A stretch of 63,577 nucleotides of DNA, the filler included, from Octopus bimaculoides (lineage: Eukaryota), in the NCBI RefSeq assembly GCF_001194135.2. It is 4 parts of 3 records of this genome, joined end to end, with 100 filler letters (N's around TTAATTAATTAA, not from the genome) between each part and the next. Parts side by side here need not be neighbours in the genome. Positions count along the whole stretch, not along the records: positions 1 to 30,982 come from NC_068981.1; positions 31,083 to 39,138 come from NC_068981.1; positions 39,239 to 58,893 come from NC_068983.1; 1 more part is not named here. One strand, given 5' to 3'. The position numbers and the translations under genes were made by a program. The notes beneath the pieces are model-generated. The model searched no databases. It had not been told where the DNA came from and was given only the letters and a program-made list of their open reading frames with translations. Shown here one piece after another: positions 26,398 to 40,560 of the stretch; positions within the stretch are counted from its first letter, which is position 1, and every line of letters starts with the position of its first letter.

Positions 26398-28476
26398 ATA
26401 ACGTGTAAAACTATGTAATTGGTAAGGATGTGTCCCGGTCTGCTCGATTTGGGATGACATGGGTCTAAACAACAACATACAGTTACCTTGGTCGAAGGGA
26501 CGGCCGGTGGGCAAGACTGCTTCGTAACGATGTGATTCAGTGTTCACCTTGGATAAAAATCGCGTGAGGTAGCCTCTTACAATGGTGCCGTACAACGAGG
26601 ATGCGAAGCGAACATCTTAACCTTTTAGCATTTAAACTGGCTATATTTGGCCGAAATATTCTACCTGTTTTATGTTCAAACTGACCAGATCGTGCCTCTC
26701 ACACCCATCCTACAATGTCATTGTAAAAATAAACAGTCACATCATCGAAATATTAAATGCGTGATTAACTCAAAACACTGTGAATAAATAAGCATCACAT
26801 TTGACAGAATAATCTGAATGCTAAAGAATTCAACACGCAAATACGTCGGCTCTTTTCCTCCGCTTTATAACGCTTTATCTTCAGAAACTAGAGTTGACTT
26901 CAAAGCCTGGTTTAAAGAAGATTTATTGAAATAGTAAATAATTCCTACAGATTATTCTGAGTTCAATGCCGTCTGGATTGATCTTTACCAAATCTTTCCA
27001 TGAGACCGATGGTGAATTAAAAAGAAAAACAGTGTCACTAAAATTATGGCGCCTGTCTAAGGTTACTTGAGTTACAAGAAATAGCACTCAAGTCTCCCTC
27101 AAACAGCACCCAACCATTTTTAAGAAGGACGAAAACATAGTGCATTTCTTACATTTTTTATAACCAAGGACTTGTTAACAATATTTCATGAAACAAGAGA
27201 TTTTGGCTAATACTGTTATTTAAGTTTATATTCAGTTACATAAATGGAACGAGGGGAATAAGGGACGGACAATTGAACAACGTAAGGTGAGAGGTTACAA
27301 AGTTCAAAAGGTGATGGACAAAATGTAAATGCCAAAAAAAAAAAAAAATTGGGCACAGTGAATTGTATGCCAAAAAAAAAACGGAAACGAAAAGAAGTGG
27401 GTTGATGTTTCGGGTGAAGGCTTTATCAAAGTAAAGACAGAAATAAGTAAGAAAAAAGTTACATATAAGGCAAAACAATGTACTGGGTTTATCATACATA
27501 ACCGCAGTATACATAGATTAGCATTGAGTCTCTAGATCATGGGGGAGCCTCGGACAACTGTGCTCATGCCTCAAGATGGTATTACTCATTGATCCTCCAA
27601 CTAGTATTTTACCGGAATGCCAAGAGTCCGCGGATCACAAATCACAAACCACTGATTTCATGCTACAATTATCCTACGTCTGAATTTAAGATCGATATTT
27701 AAGGTTATTGCGCTGTTCAGCATCCAAGGCTAAATGGTAACTTATTTATCGATTCAATTAATTATCCTACATTTCTTTGACCTCGTTATTCTCCTGTCTC
27801 GCAATATTTAAGACTCTCAACCACTTTATTAACGTTTTTGCTTTATATGTTTTGTCTGTTTGTGGTTTTTAAGTTTAAGACATGACGGCACCACAACTGC
27901 TACTTGGGGTACCACAACACCCCAACAGGAACTCGTTGCTTTACAGCATTAAATTTTGACCTTAGCTGACACGAGAACAATTAAGATATTAGAATCTTGA
28001 CTCAATCGCTTTATTGACGTTCTTACTTTGTATATTTTGTCTGTTTGTAGTTTATAAGTTTAAGACTTACTGAAAGTAATCGTTTATTTGCTTCAGTAGT
28101 TCTCAAACTGCACAACTCAGTACGTCATGAAATTTTTAACAATATGACTTAAGGCTTTAGTAAACCCATAATAATGTCTGGACTTGTTGAAAACTAATAA
28201 AGCAAGATAGGTATAGTTTTCTATGTTTTTGTGGGTTTTCTTTCTAATTTTAGCGTTAAATAATTTTTTTTTTTTTTTCAATGTGAAGTGCACAAATACA
28301 TTTTATTTTTTATCTCACTGCCCCATGAAGACAAAATTCTGGGAACCATTTATCTATCTGCGTATATTTATGCGCGCGCGTGTGAGTGTGTGTGTGTGTG
28401 TGTGTGTGTATGCACGCGCGCGCACACACATCTCAAAAGTTAATAGACGCCTCATAAGTTATTAGCTGTCTCTCAT

Positions 28477-28870
28477 TACACCGTTTATTATCTCTGTGGA
28501 CACTATTTGACGCTTCAAACTTGTAAATGTATTATTTCGTTTCACGTTATAGTACATTAATTGCTTATAGCAATTAGCCATGCCGCGAACACCAGAAGTA
28601 AAAGACATGTCAGATTTTTAAAAGATGTATTGTTGATCGATCTGGAAGTGGACTTAGCCAGTGTAATATTGCACGAAACCTTGGGACTCCTATTACTACA
28701 GTTAACAGAGTAATTGTACAATTCACCTGCAAAGGAAAGGAATCAACTGCATCCCGCTCAGGTCGACCTGTGGTCTCTGATGGGTGTCTTAAACCTGTCA
28801 AGCGGATTGTTGAAAATAATCCCCGCTATAAGACAACTGACGCAGCAGACCAACTCCAGAGAGGTCGGAG
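28477..28870 (+). mobile_element. Tc1/mariner relic: probable left end plus N-terminal HTH of transposase
   Basis: ATG at 28580 gives MPRTPEVKDMSDF/(frameshift)..SGLSQCNIARNLGTPITTVNRVIVQF..STASRSGRP..KRIVENNPR, typical of the Tc1 paired-like DNA-binding domain; TA-CAC at 28477 may be the left terminus. Confidence 0.75.
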
Positions 28871-29514
28871 TACATCTGAGCAGTATTTTCATCAATTGAA
28901 AGGAAATCTCTTTTTCGACCTGCAGATACCCAAGAAGAAAGGAGAAATATATCTTTCAAAAATGAGGCTGTCTATTTACTTTTGAGATGTCTGTGCATAT
29001 GTATACTTTTGTGTGTGTATCTTTGGATGAGTATATATGTATATTTACGTGCGTATATATGTGTGTTTATATGAGTGTCTTCATGCACGCCCGTTTTTGT
29101 TTTTCAGTTCATATTTTTTTCTTTACATGTCTGATTATGTCAGATTATTTTTCACATGTCTTCAAATGACGGAAGAAACAAGTGAATTGATTATTGCAAT
29201 CGAATAACATTCAATTTTTACACAGAGTGACGATCACGTCGTTTCGAGATTGCGTGCTTGTTGCTTGTTTGCGTCTTGTCACGCTTATTTGCCTCTCTGT
29301 CTTTATCGTCTGTCTATAAACAGCTCGATCTGCAAGCATTTAAAGTATTTCGATATATTTCTTGTCAGTAGCAAGCATAACGGGAAACAGATATCAACAA
29401 AAGATAGCTTTCTCTACAACACATATTCCCTACGATGATTTATACTGAAAACGTTCACTCGTGCACATGCAGCACACAGCACACAGAGCAGACAAACATG
29501 CACACGCAGTCAGA

Positions 29515-29559
<45 letters not shown>

Positions 29560-29569
29560 NNNNNNNNNN

Positions 29570-29613
<44 letters not shown>

Positions 29614-30195
29614 AGGCTGCGATCTGTCATCAGTCATATATATTTAATATATATAATGGAAGGTGATACTCCAACATGACCTTAGTAATGACGAATAAAA
29701 CAAGCCGAAGACCTATAAGCTGAAGTTGTTCGAAGGTAGTGTGTATTCACATGGAAAAAAAGGAGAGAAAGAAACACAGAGAAAGAGAAGAAATTCGGAT
29801 TAGCGTTAGAATGAGTGATTCATCAGAATAAATATATAAGTATCTCGAATATATAAACAATAATACACGTTGATATTTTTGTACACACACACACACGCAC
29901 ACACACACATATATATATACATATATATATGTATATATATATATATATATATATNNNNNNNNNNNNNNNNNNNNNNNNNNNNNNNNNNNNNNNNNNNNNN
30001 NNNNNNNNNNNNNNNNNNNNNNNNNNNNNNNNNNNNNNNNNNNNNNNNNNNNNNNNNNNNNNNNNNNNNNNNNNNNNNNNNNNNNNNNNNNNNNNNNNNN
30101 NNNNNNNNNNNNNNNNNNNNNNNNNNNNNNNNNNNNNNNNNNNNNNNNNNNNNNNNNNNNNNNNNNNNNNNNNNNNNNNNNNNNNNNNNNNNNNN

Positions 30196-30230
<35 letters not shown>

Positions 30231-30619
30231 CACATCAATAATAAGTCTCTGAGCGAGATTTAAACAGTAGCAGCACGGCATCGTGATGTATATTTGCCAC
30301 CTAAAAGAGGTTGATCCATTAGGGACAATGCTACTGTAGCTTATAGCCACAGGAAGACATCTCTTCCAGTTGGCTATTGACACACTGTCTGTGCCCTATC
30401 AGTATTTGCAAAGGGAAGTCATCGTTCCCATCTCCAGCCTGACGTGATACACACGAATCCGAGTCTCTGGGTATTGACCCGTCATCAGCGTGTGACAACC
30501 ACCGCCTGGCGATGGGAAGTGATTCTGAATGTAAATACATATACTTTTTTCAATGGCGAAAAGACAGTGTGTAAATAGCCAGCTGGAGGAGATGTCTTCT
30601 TGGGGCACCGACTTTAATT

Positions 30620-30915
30620 GACCTCAGGACATATTCTTTGTAAGCTTAGTCCTTATTCCATCGGTCACTTTTGCCGAAACGCTAAGTTACAGGGACGTGA
30701 ACACACCAGCATTGGTTGTCAAGCGATGCTGGGGAGACAAACACACACATACACATACACATACACACACAAACATATATATACGACGGGCTTCATTCAA
30801 TTTCCGTCTACCAAATCCATTCACAAGCCTTTGGTCAGGCCGAAGCTATAGTAGAAGACACTTGCCCAAGGTGCCACGCATGTGGTTGGTAAGCAAGCTA
30901 CTTATCACACAGCCA
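30620..30915 (-). mobile_element. SINE family A (internal part)
   Basis: TTGCCGAAACGCTAAGTTACAGGGACGTGAACACACC..TACCAAATCCATTCACAAG..GACACTTGCCCAAGGTGCCACGCA. Confidence 0.9.
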
Positions 30916-30982
30916 ATATGTCAATATGTGTGTGACTATGCAGACATATATAAATAAATATATATATATATATATATATATA

Positions 30983-31082
30983 NNNNNNNNNNNNNNNNNN
31001 NNNNNNNNNNNNNNNNNNNNNNNNNNTTAATTAATTAANNNNNNNNNNNNNNNNNNNNNNNNNNNNNNNNNNNNNNNNNNNN
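30983..31082. other. Artificial 100-bp scaffold join N44-TTAATTAATTAA-N44
   Basis: Exact 44+12+44 structure, also at 39139-39238 and 58894-58993. Confidence 0.95.
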
Positions 31083-31597
31083 ATATATATATATATATGT
31101 ATGTATATATGTATGTATGTGTGTATGTATGTGTATCTGTGTGTGTATGTATGAATGTATGTGTGTATGTATGTATGTATGTATGTATGTATGTATGTAT
31201 GTATATATGTATGTATATATATAAGTGAAAATAAAAAGAGGGACGGAAGGAGAGCGAGAGAGACAGACAACAGCGGATCAACAAACATTTACATGACAAA
31301 AATACATTGTACAGACAAGGTATCAGATGATCAAAAGAAATAAATGTTATTTGGTTTATTTTCATATTCATGTTTTTATGGTAACTCATAGTTGTAATTC
31401 CATCATCTCAACTGAGATGAAACGATATTCTAAATACTGTTTTAATCTAATTGTCAAAATACAACTATATATAATGAAAAGTTATTGAATCGCTGATGAA
31501 GTTTGGTATTTTAAGTCTGTTATGAGTTTTACTTGATGAGCAAAAACAGAAAATGATTGGGGAGCAAACCAAAATTCAAAAGTTATTCGTATTCTGC

Positions 31598-31652
<55 letters not shown>

Positions 31653-32249
31653 ATATATACACACATATACATACATATACATACATACACATACGTACAT
31701 ATACACATATGTCTGGGTTTGTGTATATATATGCATATATGTATATGTCCATACAACTTACACACACACGCACACGCGCATACATGTATACATACATATA
31801 CACACACACATATATACGCATACATACATTTATATACATACATTCATATGCATCCATCCAAACACGCACACACGCACACACACACACGCACACACACACA
31901 CACACACGCACACACACATACACATAAAATTCAAATAAGTTATCATTATCTGTAAAAATAATGATAAAGTGGCCAGGAAACCTAATTCAAATATGCGAAA
32001 TATATAATAAAATGTCATTTGTTTGAAAGAGGAGTTAAAACCCTCCAAAACCACGCATCTCTCACAAAATTTAAACACGCACGGAAAATATAGCAAATAT
32101 ATTTCTCCGAAACAGTCTTCCCACTTGCAAAATTCAAATAGTAAAATACAAATAAGAGCATAGACACCCTAGTGGTTCTCGAGGGTTTTAACTCCTCTTT
32201 CAAGCAAACAGTTTGCATATTGTACCCTGGGTTTTTATTACATAAACAT

Positions 32250-32588
32250 ATGCGTATGAGTGGCTGTGTGGTAAGTAGCTTGCCTACCAACCACATGGTT
32301 CCGGGTTCAGGTCCACTGCGTGGCACCTTGGGCAAGTGTCTTCTACTATAGCCTCGGGCCGACCAAAGCCTTGTGAGTGGATTTGGTAGACGGAAACTGA
32401 AAGAAGCCTGTCGTATATATGTATATATATGTGTGTGTATATGTTTGTGTGTCTGTGTTTGTCCCCCCAACATTGCTTAACAACCGATGCTAGTGTGTTT
32501 ACGTCCCCGTATATTAGCGGTTCGGCAAAAAGAGACCGATAGAATAAGTACTAGGGTTACAAAGAATAAGTCCTGGGGTCGATTTGCT
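32250..32588 (+). mobile_element. SINE family A, nearly complete, runs into gap
   Basis: GAGTGGCTGTGTGGTAAGTAGCTTGCCTACCAACCACATGGTTCCGGGTTCAGGTCC..GGCACCTTGGGCAAGTG..internal (TA/TG)n..AAGAATAAGTCCTGGGGTCGATTTGCT. Confidence 0.95.
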
Positions 32589-33266
32589 NNNNNNNNNNNN
32601 NNNNNNNNNNNNNNNNNNNNNNNNNNNNNNNNNNNNNNNNNNNNNNNNNNNNNNNNNNNNNNNNNNNNNNNNNNNNNNNNNNNNNNNNNNNNNNNNNNNN
32701 NNNNNNNNNNNNNNNNNNNNNNNNNNNNNNNNNNNNNNNNNNNNNNNNNNNNNNNNNNNNNNNNNNNNNNNNNNNNNNNNNNNNNNNNNNNNNNNNNNNN
32801 NNNNNNNNNNNNNNNNNNNNNNNNNNNNNNNNNNNNNNNNNNNNNNNNNNNNNNNNNNNNNNNNNNNNNNNNNNNNNNNNNNNNNNNNNNNNNNNNNNNN
32901 NNNNNNNNNNNNNNNNNNNNNNNNNNNNNNNNNNNNNNNNNNNNNNNNNNNNNNNNNNNNNNNNNNNNNNNNNNNNNNNNNNNNNNNNNNNNNNNNNNNN
33001 NNNNNNNNNNNNNNNNNNNNNNNNNNNNNNNNNNNNNNNNNNNNNNNNNNNNNNNNNNNNNNNNNNNNNNNNNNNNNNNNNNNNNNNNNNNNNNNNNNNN
33101 NNNNNNNNNNNNNNNNNNNNNNNNNNNNNNNNNNNNNNNNNNNNNNNNNNNNNNNNNNNNNNNNNNNNNNNNNNNNNNNNNNNNNNNNNNNNNNNNNNNN
33201 NNNNNNNNNNNNNNNNNNNNNNNNNNNNNNNNNNNNNNNNNNNNNNNNNNNNNNNNNNNNNNNNNN

Positions 33267-33312
<46 letters not shown>

Positions 33313-33804
33313 TTTCGAAGAAGATTCGAATTACATCAGTTCGTATTATTATACCATCGTCTTGACATCCACCCTCATATACTTCAAAATACTTGGAACC
33401 AGACAATAGATGTCAGCTCAGACATCTTAATTTGTATGATTAATTGAATTCCTACAAGTGATACTGAATACAGTTCTCCATAATAAATGTTTCTATATAT
33501 GTTGTCTGTGTGTGTGATTGCGAGTGTGTAAGGAACAATATAAGCTCTCTACATGCAAAATGTGTAACCCAGGCTGTACTCTTACATTTATCAATTTCAA
33601 TAAGAATAGTTATATTCGTGGATATATCTATTTCAAGAACACTCGGAAACGATATGAACATCACACTCTTGCCACCCTTTGATGAATACCTCTAGTTATG
33701 AAAATTGATGAAAGTCGTCTGTCAAATGATATGTATGTAGTGATCTAAGATTTGCTACTCATTTGTTGTATACATACATATGTATGTATGTATGTGTGTA
33801 TGGG

Positions 33805-33844
<40 letters not shown>

Positions 33845-33854
33845 TATCTATCTG

Positions 33855-33888
<34 letters not shown>

Positions 33889-33889
33889 A

Positions 33890-33933
<44 letters not shown>

Positions 33934-34501
33934 NNNNNNNNNNNNNNNNNNNNNNNNNNNNNNNNNNNNNNNNNNNNNNNNNNNNNNNNNNNNNNNNNNN
34001 NNNNNNNNNNNNNNNNNNNNNNNNNNNNNNNNNNNNNNNNNNNNNNNNNNNNNNNNNNNNNNNNNNNNNNNNNNNNNNNNNNNNNNNNNTATATATATAT
34101 ACACATATATATATATAATTTGACAATAGTCATGTAATCTGAGTAATTTATTCTAAGGAATGAGTATAGCGATCAAATTTGTTGGTCCCACTCTCCTTAC
34201 GCACATGCTCATATATAACGTTACATATTTGTTATATTCTCTAACTCAGAGACGTGAGATGTTCTGGTTTTTCTGTTTTGCTTTTTGCTTTATATTAGCT
34301 CAGTACGCACTTATGGATCAGTGATGTATCAGCTGTTGTCTCTTTATTTCGCAATACCAATACAGTCTATGAAAAGTAATATGCTATAATATTATCTAGC
34401 AGAAACATAAATAGCCACAGATAAATCAATTGTTCTTTGACGGTCGAATAATTACGTAACTTTTCTCAATGCGAGCCATTCATCAAAAAATGCTCAGCCT
34501 C

Positions 34502-34691
34502 GGTGTCGGATTTAAGTATAAACTACCTAATCTACTGCTCAGAGCCTCACAATCCACAAGGACCTAAAAATACTTTTAAAATAAAAGAATATATAAGTTT
34601 TTATTTTTGTGAGATCGTTTGTTAATTTTTAACAAGTGTCTCCCTAAATTTGTATAGTTTAAAGTCTCCCCAATTCTAAATCCGGTAATGA
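34502..34691. mobile_element. Possible Harbinger-type MITE, degenerate
   Basis: Ends GTCGGATTTAAG / CTAAATCCGGT form a degenerate inverted pair like GGCCGGATTTA..TAAATCCGGCC; no TSD recognised. Confidence 0.35.
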
Positions 34692-35589
34692 AAACAAATA
34701 TTTTAAGTCGGCTCAAATCAATAAATCACTAGTAAATTTTGTTGATCTTTAGATTTTCACAAAAATTTTTGATAGAACAAGTTCATCGTGGCTTAGTCAA
34801 CATGAAATAGCAAAATTTCTCTTAAATTAATTCTATTATTTTAATTTTTTTTTGTTATAAAAAAAAAGGTATACTGTAGTTTGAGATAAACTGTCAGAAA
34901 AAAAAAACGGGAAGACTGCAGTTAGAAACCATATGATCAATCAAGTGGCTAAAAATGAAAAAGAAGAAGTAAGAAGAATAGGGGGAAGTGGAAACAGCAT
35001 CAGTAAATTATACTACGAAGTGGCACTCAGGCTGAGCTGTTCAGAGATATATATCTTCAACAGATTCTTTGATATCCCATTGATTCGGTCATTTGAGGGA
35101 AATAGGAAACTGTTGATTTTATCTCTTTGTTCTATAGTGATCACCAACAAAGTAATAAATTTTAGATTCAAAATGGCTTCCAAAACAACATAGAAGCTAG
35201 AAAAAAAAATCAAAATAAAACAAAGAATAGGAACTAAAATTTTACATATTCTCTAATTAAATAAAGAATTCTAGCGCAATATATACTACTCTTCTCTACA
35301 TTCTTAGAAAATATGCAACATGCAACATTCAAGAAACCTAATGTACTTGGATGGGTAGGTGGGTGTTGGGGCGCGCAGACTACCAAAGGTTTCATGCTCT
35401 GCACTCATTTAGGCCTGTATGTTCAGAGATATAAAATGTATTTTGTAAAAACAAAAGATATATGTATAAATATTTTCTCTTTCGTTAAGAGAAATAACTC
35501 GTACATTGTAAATATGAGCTGCTTCCTCTCGATGTCTCAGGTTTTAATCTTGGATATGTTAGAAAACACTGAGGGATAATAAAATATAT

Positions 35590-35990
35590 GTAACATTAAA
35601 GGGAAATTGATCCATCATCAGCGGCTGAGGAGGAAATCCTCATAGTGGTAGAGGAAGGAAAAGGGTAGCTGAAGATAAAATAAGATTGAGGAAAGCGAGA
35701 ACGAGGACATAGAAAAAGAGAGAACAGATGAAGAAGGTCTAAAGTGAAGCAATAGTATATGTCCGTGTAATTGTGTATTTTAGTCTTGTAAAGTTGGTAT
35801 TGTCAAGTACTGTAAGAGGTACTTTTCGAAGTACTTGCATTTCATGAATAGCTCTGATCTGCTGTTTACATAGCGATCTTGGTTATGATCTTGGTTGACC
35901 ATTTTTCTTTTCTCTGATGTATAGAGACCACAACTTCCATTTTCGATGATTTCCCATGTAATACTGTAGTCTGAAACACATTGATTTAAT
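35590..35990 (-). mobile_element. Penelope-like element 3' end (GIY-YIG C-terminus plus 3' UTR)
   Basis: Open frame YSITWEIIENGSCGLYTSEK..YVNSRSELFMKCKYFEKYLL resembles PLE IxWxI..CxLCxxEK..LNKRSELxSKCRHxxKFLL. Confidence 0.7.
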
Positions 35991-36557
35991 TACCAAATGT
36001 ATTTAGTTAATTTTCTTGTGTTCTTTTAGTTTACATGTTGATGGTAGGAAGCATGATTACAAAATCTTTACTACTTCTCATTTTACTTTCCGCTCTCTCA
36101 AATTACAAAGCGCGCCGTGATATCATTAGGTCCATTTAATGTTAATTCTAAATTAGCAAGGGTTTCTCACTTTATTTGACAAGCACTACGCTGCTAATTA
36201 TAGCTATAGAAAACTTTTAAGAAACGCAGCATCAGAAGTTACACTTGTACAACGAACATGAAAAGTTTGACACCACCCACACTCAGTAAAACATACGCAA
36301 CATACTCGTGCAGAAACGCAAAATATTACTCACAGGATAAAACCTGCAACGCATAAATCATAATTTATGATGAAGAGGTCACTTCTATTAAACCTAACGA
36401 AATCTATAACATGCCTACTTCTTCAAATGAACTCTACGACAGAAGAGATTCTACTGAAGAAAACCAGAGAATTGGCTAAGTAATTCGGTTGAAAGAAGTT
36501 TACTTTGTGTCTGATTTAAGTGATGTCTCATCAAACAACTATACAACCATACATACA

Positions 36558-36588
<31 letters not shown>

Positions 36589-37152
36589 GTATAAAGGCAG
36601 ATTTGTGGAGAGTGGAGAGATGAGGGAGAGAGTTAATTATAGCACATTTAAAAACACGTCGTTCTTGCAGCAGTGGACTGGGTAATTGTAACTTAATTGG
36701 CTCAGTGGCAGAATTACCGTTATTGCCAATGACGGCTTGTGAACGTCAACTTTCATTCAGTAGATCATTTTCATAATTGCAATGCTAATTCTGTAATACG
36801 GCTGAAGGACAATGCCACAGAGGAAACGTTCTTCATACTAAATTCAAATTCAGCTGAATATGACATATGCATTTTTAATACAGAGTGTTGATAATCTTCG
36901 ACTAATTGAGATAATGAAACCAATTCGAAGACAAGCGCTCCCTCTAGGGATATTTGAAACGTGACAGAATAAGTAAGGGAAATAACTTCAATAAGATCCG
37001 TTGATCAAAAATGTTGAACAGTATAAACATTGAAGATTGAAATGGATTTCGTATTTAAAGCCAACTGGTCGAAACACTGGATATGCCTTTTGGTTCAATA
37101 AGATCTCTTCCACGAATCGTATTTTATTCATTCTACTCAATATATATAAACG

Positions 37153-37226
<74 letters not shown>

Positions 37227-37463
37227 GTCTGTCTATCTATCTATCTATGAGGGACGCTGGAAAGTTACTGGCTTTAAGGGTGTCGCGAAAGGCCTGGCTA
37301 GAGGCCCAGCCTTCCGAGTTCTTTTAAAGGGCTTGGGAAAACTGAAGAATCACAGTAAATAGTGTGTGAATTTGAGAAGGGGAATATGTTGAATAAAATC
37401 ATAATTAACTGATCATCCTGTACTTTATTTTACTCAAAGCCAGGAGCTTTTCAGCACACCGTC

Positions 37464-37505
<42 letters not shown>

Positions 37506-37778
37506 TTTTATATCATTAATAAATTTATAAAATTATTAATAATATTCACAGGAAATCAATATCCAAATTTCCGAAAGATATATGTTTAATGTGACACAGT
37601 AATATTTTGAATTATAATTAAATTAAAATTTAAGATGTACATAAATATAAATATATATAAAATATAAATGTACANNNNNNNNNNTATATATGCAGACATA
37701 ACAGAAGTAAATAGACACGCCATAAAACATTTTTTTTTATGCTTCAGATTCTATATGTGACTGTTTAATCAAACCTTG

Positions 37779-38407
37779 GAACTGTCTGAATTTCAAAGAA
37801 GCCGTATTGTGGGCCAGTGAGATGGTGGAGAAGCTACTAACATTTTGGGATACTGTCATATTTTCTGATGAGTCCAGATTTGCTGTACTTTCTGATAGTG
37901 GTCGAGTGTGGGTCTGGAGACTCTGTGATCAAGAATTTGAAACACGGCAGCTATTCTGTGATGGTCTGGGGAGTAATTTGGAGCAATAGTTGATCAGAGC
38001 TGGTGGAGTGTGAGGAAAGCATAAACTAAGATAAATATGTGTTCATATTGCAGAAAGGACTCCTTCCAACTTTCTCCAGTGGTGAAATGATTTAATAAAA
38101 CTATTTATGGAAGATGAGGCTCCTTGTCACACGGCTAAAATGACCCAAGATTTGTAGGATGAGAATGGCACTAAAAATCTTCCATGGCCAAGTCAGTTAC
38201 CAGATACGAACCCGATTGAACACCTCTGGGACATAGTGGACAGGACACTTCATAAAAAGAACACAAAAGCATCTTAAAAGCCAGATCTTTTGAGATTATT
38301 GCATGAATCTTGGCAAGAAATTTCCGCAATAGAATGTTCATCTGATCAGTAACGTGACTGATAGGGTCTTGCATTGAAAAATGCAATGGCCATGTCTGCT
38401 AAATATT
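37779..38407 (+). mobile_element. Tc1 (DD34E) transposase pseudogene with internal deletion
   Basis: WASE..FWDTVIFSDESRF..SDSGRVWVWR; SVMVWG; FMEDEAPCHTAK; LPWPSQLPDTNPIEHLWD, with 34 residues between the second D and E; several stops and frameshifts. Confidence 0.92.
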
Positions 38408-39138
38408 AAATATTCACTTTATAACAATCAATAAACAATTTCAGATTTAATTTATAATAAACAGTTCAACAGTAACATTTTTGACTGGGAAAACAATTAC
38501 TAAATACTCAGCTATTAATTTTAAAGGAATTAAAAGCATTGATACTTGTTTTAATATCTGTTCATATAGATTATATTATTTCTAGTATATTTAAACTAAG
38601 ACATATTTTAATTAGTTCTATCTCAAGATATCAAGTACTTTCCTGATATTCACATTAATGTGTCATTAAGATATATTGTTTATATTGCAAGATTTAATTT
38701 TATATGTATAAGTCTGTTCGCGTGCTTTTGTGCCTTTGTCTGTACGCGCGTGCATTGCTGACACATTTCTCCGCTTTATATTCTATCAGCGTTTCTGCGT
38801 TTGAAAATTAATTATTACCTTATCTGGTAGTTTCAAGTAAACCGTAGAAAAATATAAAAAACAACTTTCAAGAGCAATAACAGTTTATTGAGGCGGAAGG
38901 TTGTTGACTTTTTCCATATCGAAGTATAGTAAGCTGATCGGATCGTTCGTGTGTCGACACGTACCTACTTACGACAATGTAAACTTCATTTAATCAAGAT
39001 ACCTTTCGCCTGAAGAGTAGCCTGCGGTATACACCTCGTTTGAATATTTACAACTTCAGAGGTTCTGCTCGCTATGAAACTTATGGGTTAAATGGCAGTA
39101 TGGTCGTCTCTTAGAGGACAGTCACATTAAAGTAGCCA

Positions 39139-39238
39139 NNNNNNNNNNNNNNNNNNNNNNNNNNNNNNNNNNNNNNNNNNNNTTAATTAATTAANNNNNN
39201 NNNNNNNNNNNNNNNNNNNNNNNNNNNNNNNNNNNNNN
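39139..39238. other. Artificial 100-bp scaffold join N44-TTAATTAATTAA-N44
   Basis: Identical structure to 30983-31082. Confidence 0.95.
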
Positions 39239-39305
<67 letters not shown>

Positions 39306-39319
39306 AATCAATTTGTCTG

Positions 39320-39400
<81 letters not shown>
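39239..39400. repeat. (CTAT)n microsatellite
   Basis: Direct reading. Confidence 0.95.
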
Positions 39401-39693
39401 AGGTCTGTGCCTATATATATACATGTATCCGCACACGGATACATGTACCTCTCACACACATGCTCATGAAATTGCATACACAGATATTATATATGAGAGC
39501 GTATATATACATATACATATATATTTTAGTACGTATGTATGAGTCTAAGGTTGTACTAGGCTGTGTCCACGCACAAGCGCTCGTTTGTGTACCGCAATAT
39601 CTGAATATAGGAGCATGCGTATGTTTCTACTAAGAATGCAGTTGCCATCTGCATTATCACAGTCTGTCGAATTATGCAAGCTTTAGTAATCAC

Positions 39694-39741
<48 letters not shown>

Positions 39742-40164
39742 AGTGAAATTGTCGCTCTATTTATTAAACCATTTTGCAAGTTCAGTTTGTATTAATAATA
39801 CGTACTTATCAGGCAAAGTCATTAGTGAAATTCTGTGTGAAATGCAAACAGCTTCATTAGTTGCAAATCTTTGTAGCTGTATACTACGGTCGATGTCTCT
39901 TTTAATAATTATTTCTGTTTCATATAACAAGATAAGAGCCAATCACTGAATAGCAAGAACCATGCTGATCTGTTGTATTACATGCTGATTACGAAGACAA
40001 TGATGATGATGGCGATGATGATGATGACGATGATGATGATGACGATGATGGTGATAATGACAATTAGGATTAATTTCGACAAATTGACGAACTTCTTCAA
40101 AGTTCTACATAATTCTTTCTTCTGACAGTCCCAAAGTATATTGCTATTGTTAGTGGTGTTGGGG

Positions 40165-40484
40165 AAAATGTGTGGCCTAGTGGTTAGGATATTCGTCTCG
40201 TGATCGTAAGGTTATGAGTTCGATACTCGGTGGTGCGCTGAGTCCTTGAGCAAGACACTTTATTTCACGTTGCACCATTCAACTCACCTGGTAAAAATGA
40301 GTTGTACCTGTATTTCAAAGGCCCCGCCTTGTCACATTCTGTGTCACGCTGAATCTCCCCGAGAACTACGTTAATGGCACGCGTGCCCGTGGAGTGCTCA
40401 GCCACTTGCACATTAATCTCACAAGTAGGCTGTTCCATTGATCAGATCAACTGGAATACTCGTCGTCGCATCCGACGGAGTACC
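40165..40484 (+). mobile_element. SINE family D
   Basis: GTGGCCTAGTGGTTAGG..GAGTTCGATACTC..GTCCTTGAGCAAGACACTTTATTTCACGTTGC..GTGGAGTGCTCAGCCACTTG..GATCAACTGGAA..GACGGAGTACCA. Confidence 0.92.
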
Positions 40485-40560
40485 AGTAAGAGTAGTAGTA
40501 GTTGTTGGTGGTGTTGCTAGTATTTTGATACGTTATACAATTAGTATAACACACGTATAC

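Noticed and set aside
36440-36520. Hammerhead ribozyme (CTGAAGA-AAACC..GGTT-GAAA)
   Set aside because: Stem II forms, but stem III is mismatched and no stem I partner was found; at most a decayed motif.
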